From the human T2T-CHM13v2.0 reference genome, Homo sapiens: 64,000 nt of DNA. The notes under the pieces were generated by a model. It saw only the letters and a program-made list of their open reading frames with translations, did not search any database and had not been told where the DNA came from. A program made the translations under genes and the position numbers. The DNA lies in NCBI RefSeq assembly GCF_009914755.1, contig NC_060943.1; one strand, given 5' to 3'. This document shows, piece by piece, positions 47,462 to 64,000 of this stretch; position 1 is the stretch's first letter; every line of letters starts with the position of its first letter.

Positions 47462-47642
47462 TGAATCCGCCCTCCATTCGTTTGGCAAACATTTATGAGC
47501 GCCTCTAAAGTGCCAGGCATGGTACTGGGCACTGGTGGTCCGGCAGAGAACAAGAGAGTCAAAATCCTGTTCACGTGGATCTGACAGGAGGCACAGGCAA
47601 TCAAATGTCATTGGCCCAGGGGTTGATACACACGTACACACG

Positions 47643-50925
<3,283 letters not shown>

Positions 50926-51052
50926 CTCTAATCCCAACTTCTAACTTACCAGCGGTGTGACCCTGTGCAAGCCGTGTTATGTCTCTGTGCCTCAGTTTGC
51001 TTGTCTGTAAGGTGCAAAGGCTGCGAGTTGCAACTTCCGAGGGTCGAGGTGA

Positions 51053-51541
<489 letters not shown>

Positions 51542-51794
51542 TAAAATGCTTAAAACACCTGCAGTCCTGGGCTGGTCTGGCTTGGCCTTCTGCTAGCTAT
51601 GGGACCAAAGAGAGGATGAGAGAGGAAAAAAGGAGGAATCAAACAGAAGGGGAAAGTGAGATATTGAGGAGAGAGAAACAAGTGAAGAGAGGCAGAGATG
51701 GATGGAGAGAGGGAGAGGCAGACAGAGGAGCAGATAGGAAGGAAGACAGAGAGAGATTGAGGAGAGAGGGAAAAAAAAATTTATAGCAAGTACA

Positions 51795-55232
<3,438 letters not shown>

Positions 55233-55243
55233 GTTGAAGGTGA

Positions 55244-55585
<342 letters not shown>

Positions 55586-55776
55586 TAAGGTAACTCCCAG
55601 ACTCTGACCCTTGGCCACGCCCCTACCCTTGGCTACCTCCTCTGGCCAGTGCCCAGAGCCAATAGGCTTAGCTTCTCCTGAAAGTGAGGCCACCATAGGC
55701 CTAGCTGCTGCTAGAAGGTGGGGCTCCCGCGCTCCCCCAACCCCGTGAGTGCTGGGAGCTTCTGGGCTCCCTCTAA

Positions 55777-56169
<393 letters not shown>

Positions 56170-56504
56170 TAGGGTCCAGCCCCTGGTCCTGTAGCGGCCC
56201 GGTTGCTGCCAGATGGGAGGCCCCGCCCCAGCCCCGCCCCTAGCCCCGCCTCCTGGTGATACTGTCCCCTCATACCTTGGCAGTTTCTAAAAGGAGAGAG
56301 CCAGCTCTTTTTCCCGCCACCTAGTGCGTGCTGCCAGCCAGCAACTGCTGCGTGTGCTGAGGCGCCGCCCCCTTCCCTCCCGGGAGCCAATGAGCCAAGT
56401 GGTTGATGTTAAAGCGAGGGCGTCCCACCTTCATCCGCAACTTAGACACCGCCCCTGTCCCGGCCTGCTCCTCATTGGCCCCGCCAATGGCCAGGCCCTA
56501 TTGA

Positions 56505-57256
<752 letters not shown>

Positions 57257-57493
57257 TGATCCGCCAGCCTCGGCCTCCCAAAGTGCTGGGATTACAGGCG
57301 TGAGCCACCGCGCCAGGCCTCCTCTTTTATTTGGATTACCCAGAGATTGCCTCAGTCTCAGACCTGAACCCCTACCCCAGAGACCCATCTAGCCACAGCC
57401 ACTCTACCCAGGGGCCAGCCCACCCTCTACTTAAAGCCTGGGGTCTAGTGAGACCTGGGGAAGGGCAGAGGCGAGCCCACACTTGGGGACTGA

Positions 57494-57649
<156 letters not shown>

Positions 57650-57809
57650 TGAGGATAGGTGGCCAAGGCAGTGGCAGGGGGAGCTGGGGGGAAGAGGGGC
57701 GGGCATGGGGGGTAGCTCAGAGCCCCACCCATCCAGCCTGAACTCACAGCCTAGTTAATTCAGTCTCTCTCACCCTGGCATTTGATGATGCCATGTGCTT
57801 TTCATTATT

Positions 57810-57841
<32 letters not shown>

Positions 57842-58518
57842 TTTTGAGCTGGAGTCCTCTGTGACCCAGGCTGGAGTGCAGTGGCGCGATCTCAGCTCAC
57901 TGCAACCTCCACCTCCTGGGTTCAAGCAATTTCCTGCCTCAGCCTCCCGAGTGGCTAGGATTACAGGCATGCACCACCATGCCCAGCTAATTTTTGTTTT
58001 TTGTTTTTTTTTTTTTTGAGACGGAGTCTTGCTCTGTCACCCAGGCTGGAGTGCAGTGGCGCGATCTCGGCCCACTCCCAGGGCCGATCTCAGCTCCGCC
58101 TTCCAGGTTCACACCATTCTCCTGCCTCAGCCTCCTGAGTAGCTGGGACCACAGGCGCCCGCCACCACGCCCGGCTAATTTTTTGTATTTTTAGTAGAGA
58201 CGGGGTTTCACCGTGTTAGTAATTTTTGTATTTTTAATAGAGACAGGATTTCGCCATGTTGCCCATGTTGTCTCGAACTCCTGACCTCATGATCCACCCG
58301 CCTTGGCCTCCCAAAGTGCTAGGATTACAGGCATAAGCCACCTCGCACAGCCGTGCTTTTTATTATTAAGTATAAATGTGTGTTTTTTGTTTTGTGTTTT
58401 TTTTGTTTTGAGACAGGGTCTGGCTCTGTCACCCAGGCCAGAGTAAAGTGGTGCCATCTCTGCTCAGTGCAACCTCTGCCTCCCAGGCTCAAGCGATCCT
58501 CCCATCTCAGCCTCCTGA

Positions 58519-58698
<180 letters not shown>

Positions 58699-59129
58699 TA
58701 ATATTATTTTGAGTTTGAGAATATTCACATGATACATGAAAAGATACACAAAGCTGAAATCTTTTCTAGGCAGTTTTATCTCAGCCTATCCAGATCTCTC
58801 CGGATGCAAGCAGGGTTATCACTTTTGTGTCTATCCTGCAAGAATTGAGGTTTCTGCAAACCCATAATCTGGAAATTGAACGTTGATCCTCCTTTTATAC
58901 CAGTGGTACATCCTGTATCTATTCTTTGCACCTTTTTCTCACTGAGCTTTGCATCTTACAGGATTTGTCTTATCACACAGTACGTGAATCACTGCGTAGC
59001 CTTCCACTCTAAGGACACGTCATAAAAGAACCAGTTGGAAGCTGATAGACATTTACGCAATTTCCAAAAAAAAAAAAAAAAGGCAATGAATAACCTGGTT
59101 TTCATTTATCACGTACACCAGCAGATTCA

Positions 59130-59564
<435 letters not shown>

Positions 59565-59820
59565 CTATGGTCCTAGCTACTTGGGAGGCTGAGGAGGGAG
59601 GATTGCTTGAGCCCAGGAATTCAAGGCTGTAGTGATCTATGATCCCACCTATGAATTGCCACTGCACGCCAGCCTGGGCAACAGAGCAAGACCCCATCTC
59701 TCTCTTTTTTTTGTCCTTTTAGAGACAGTCTCGCTCCATTGCCCAGGCTGGATATGCAATGGCAGGATCATAGCTCTTCACAGCCTCATATACATGGGCT
59801 CAAAGGATCCTCCCACCTAA

Positions 59821-60171
<351 letters not shown>

Positions 60172-60296
60172 TGAGCCACCACACCCAGCCTAGTTTAAAA
60201 ATTTTTTTTGTAATGATGGGATCTCATTACATTGCCCAGGTTGGTCTCAAATTCCTGGCCTCAAGCGACCCTCTCGCCTTGGCCCATCTCTTTAAA

Positions 60297-60311
60297 ACAC
60301 ACAAACACACA

Positions 60312-60352
<41 letters not shown>
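60297..60352. repeat. (CA)n microsatellite
   Basis: Interrupted CA run read directly. Confidence 0.95.
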
Positions 60353-60357
<5 letters not shown>

Positions 60358-60685
60358 GGAGTGTTTTTCCAGAATATTTAGAAAGAACAGCCTGTAAGAG
60401 CCAAGATTTAGACAACAGACTTTTCTATGCAAGAATTTTTTTTCTCAGCAAAATACAGCCCATGGGGCCTAATTTGGCCAACCACCTGTTTTCGTACAGC
60501 CCATGAGATAAGAATGGTTTTTACATTTATAAACGGTTGAAAAAAATCAAAAGAATATTTTGTAACACATGAAAAATATATGAAATTCAAATTTCAGTGT
60601 CCAGAAATGGTTTTATTGGCACACAGCCATGTCCATTCATCTGTGAATTGTCTGTGGCTTTTCTGGCAGAACAATGACAGAATTA

Positions 60686-61188
<503 letters not shown>

Positions 61189-61343
61189 TCAGGAGGCTGA
61201 AGTGGGAGGATTACTTGAGCCGAGAAGTTTGAGGCTTCAGTGAGCTATGATTGTCCCACAGGACTCCAGCCTGGGTGACAACAGAGTGAGACCCTGTCTC
61301 TAAAATAAGTAAATGTATCAATTTATAAACAACACTGCAGTGA

Positions 61344-61763
<420 letters not shown>

Positions 61764-61980
61764 TGAGCACCTCCTATATGTACCGGACACTGTCTCAGGT
61801 GCTGGGGATGTAGCAGGTGACAAAACTGTCCCAGATCCCCTGCCCTGTGGAATGACATTCTAGTGGGGAGAAGAGAGTGATGCAGTAAATGAGACGGTAA
61901 CAGGTGCCATGGAGTGGAATAAAACAGTTGAACATTTAAGCAGAGACCTGAAGATGAGGTGGAGCCTTGCAGGTACCTGG

Positions 61981-62425
61981 TGTCTTAGCTCAGGCTGCTG
62001 TAACAAAACACCAGAGACTGCGTGACTTCAACAACAAAAATTTATTTTCTCACATTTCTGTAGGCTAGAAGTCTAAGATCACTATGTCAGTATGGCTAGC
62101 TCCTGGTGAGGGCTCTCTTCTCAGCTTACAGACGGCCACCTTCTTGCTTTGTTGAGAGTTGGGGGGAGTGAAGTGGGGAGTAGAGAGGAAAGTGAGAGAG
62201 AGGAGGCTGGGAGAGAGAGAGAGGGAGAAAGGAGAGATAGTAGGGGGGGATAGAGAGAGAGGGAGAGAGAGGAGTCAGGTGCCAGAGAGGAGAGAGAGAA
62301 GAAAGAGAAGAGGGAGAGAGGAGAGACAGAGAGGAGAAGTTAAATTTCTCCAGTGTATCTTCTTCTAAGGTCACTAACCCTCTCATGAGTACCTGAACTT
62401 CATGACCTCATCTAAACCTAATTAT
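61981..62425. mobile_element. MaLR LTR (MLT1A/MSTD-like) with an internal GA-rich expansion
   Basis: tgtcttagctcaggctgctgtaacaaaacaccaga...ttctcacatttctgtaggctagaagtctaagatc; resumes at ttcatgacctcatctaaacctaatta after a purine tract 62155-62340. Confidence 0.72.
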
Positions 62426-62426
62426 T

Positions 62427-63455
<1,029 letters not shown>

Positions 63456-63638
63456 CCTAGATGGCTTTCTGTAACAGGAAAGGGCCAGAGAGGAGATAAT
63501 TGGCAAGGGCTAGGGGCACTGAGGTCTGAATCTTCACAGAACCATGGCCCAGTACACATCCCTCCACACTCACACATGTGCCCCTGGGTGGAAGGATCTG
63601 TGTGAACAGGTCGGGTGGTGGTCAGAGGCTGGTGCTGA

Positions 63639-63926
<288 letters not shown>

Positions 63927-64000
63927 TGAGTGTGAGCCACTTCGCTGGGGGCCCGGCATTTGCGTGAGCTATTCCTCTGTGGCTGGGGACTGAGCGAGAA

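Noticed and set aside
58838-58866. gcaagaattgaggtttctgcaaacccata resembles an ERV1 LTR 3' end
   Set aside because: Only about 29 bp and matched from memory; no termini or TSD identified.

Overview
Human-type (primate) genomic DNA, very Alu-rich (roughly half or more of the window). From the encoded proteins it is recognisable as the chr19p13 interval carrying four + strand genes: the last two exons of YJU2B/CCDC130, complete MRI1 (6 coding exons, 369 aa), complete C19orf53/L10K (3 coding exons, 99 aa) and the first 12 coding exons of ZSWIM4 (793 codons, continuing past the window). I rebuilt all exon structures by hand from GT/AG boundaries and phase continuity. Almost all other ORFs in the track are Alu or simple-repeat artefacts. 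I found no CRISPR array, tRNA or rRNA, and no new multi-gene system that the sequence can support. The best second-look items are: a polarised 24-bp VNTR in the MRI1 promoter; an in-frame, stop-free, G4-repeat MRI1 intron 1 with a hairpin-masked acceptor; a mirtron-shaped ZSWIM4 intron 4; a local duplication with a template-switching scar at 23.7-25.9 kb; a tiny polyadenylated LTR retrocopy with a target-site duplication (TSD); inverted Alus in the MRI1 3' UTR; and a promoter-like CCAAT/GC-box cluster inside ZSWIM4. Repeat family names and boundaries come from memory of consensus sequences and are approximate.
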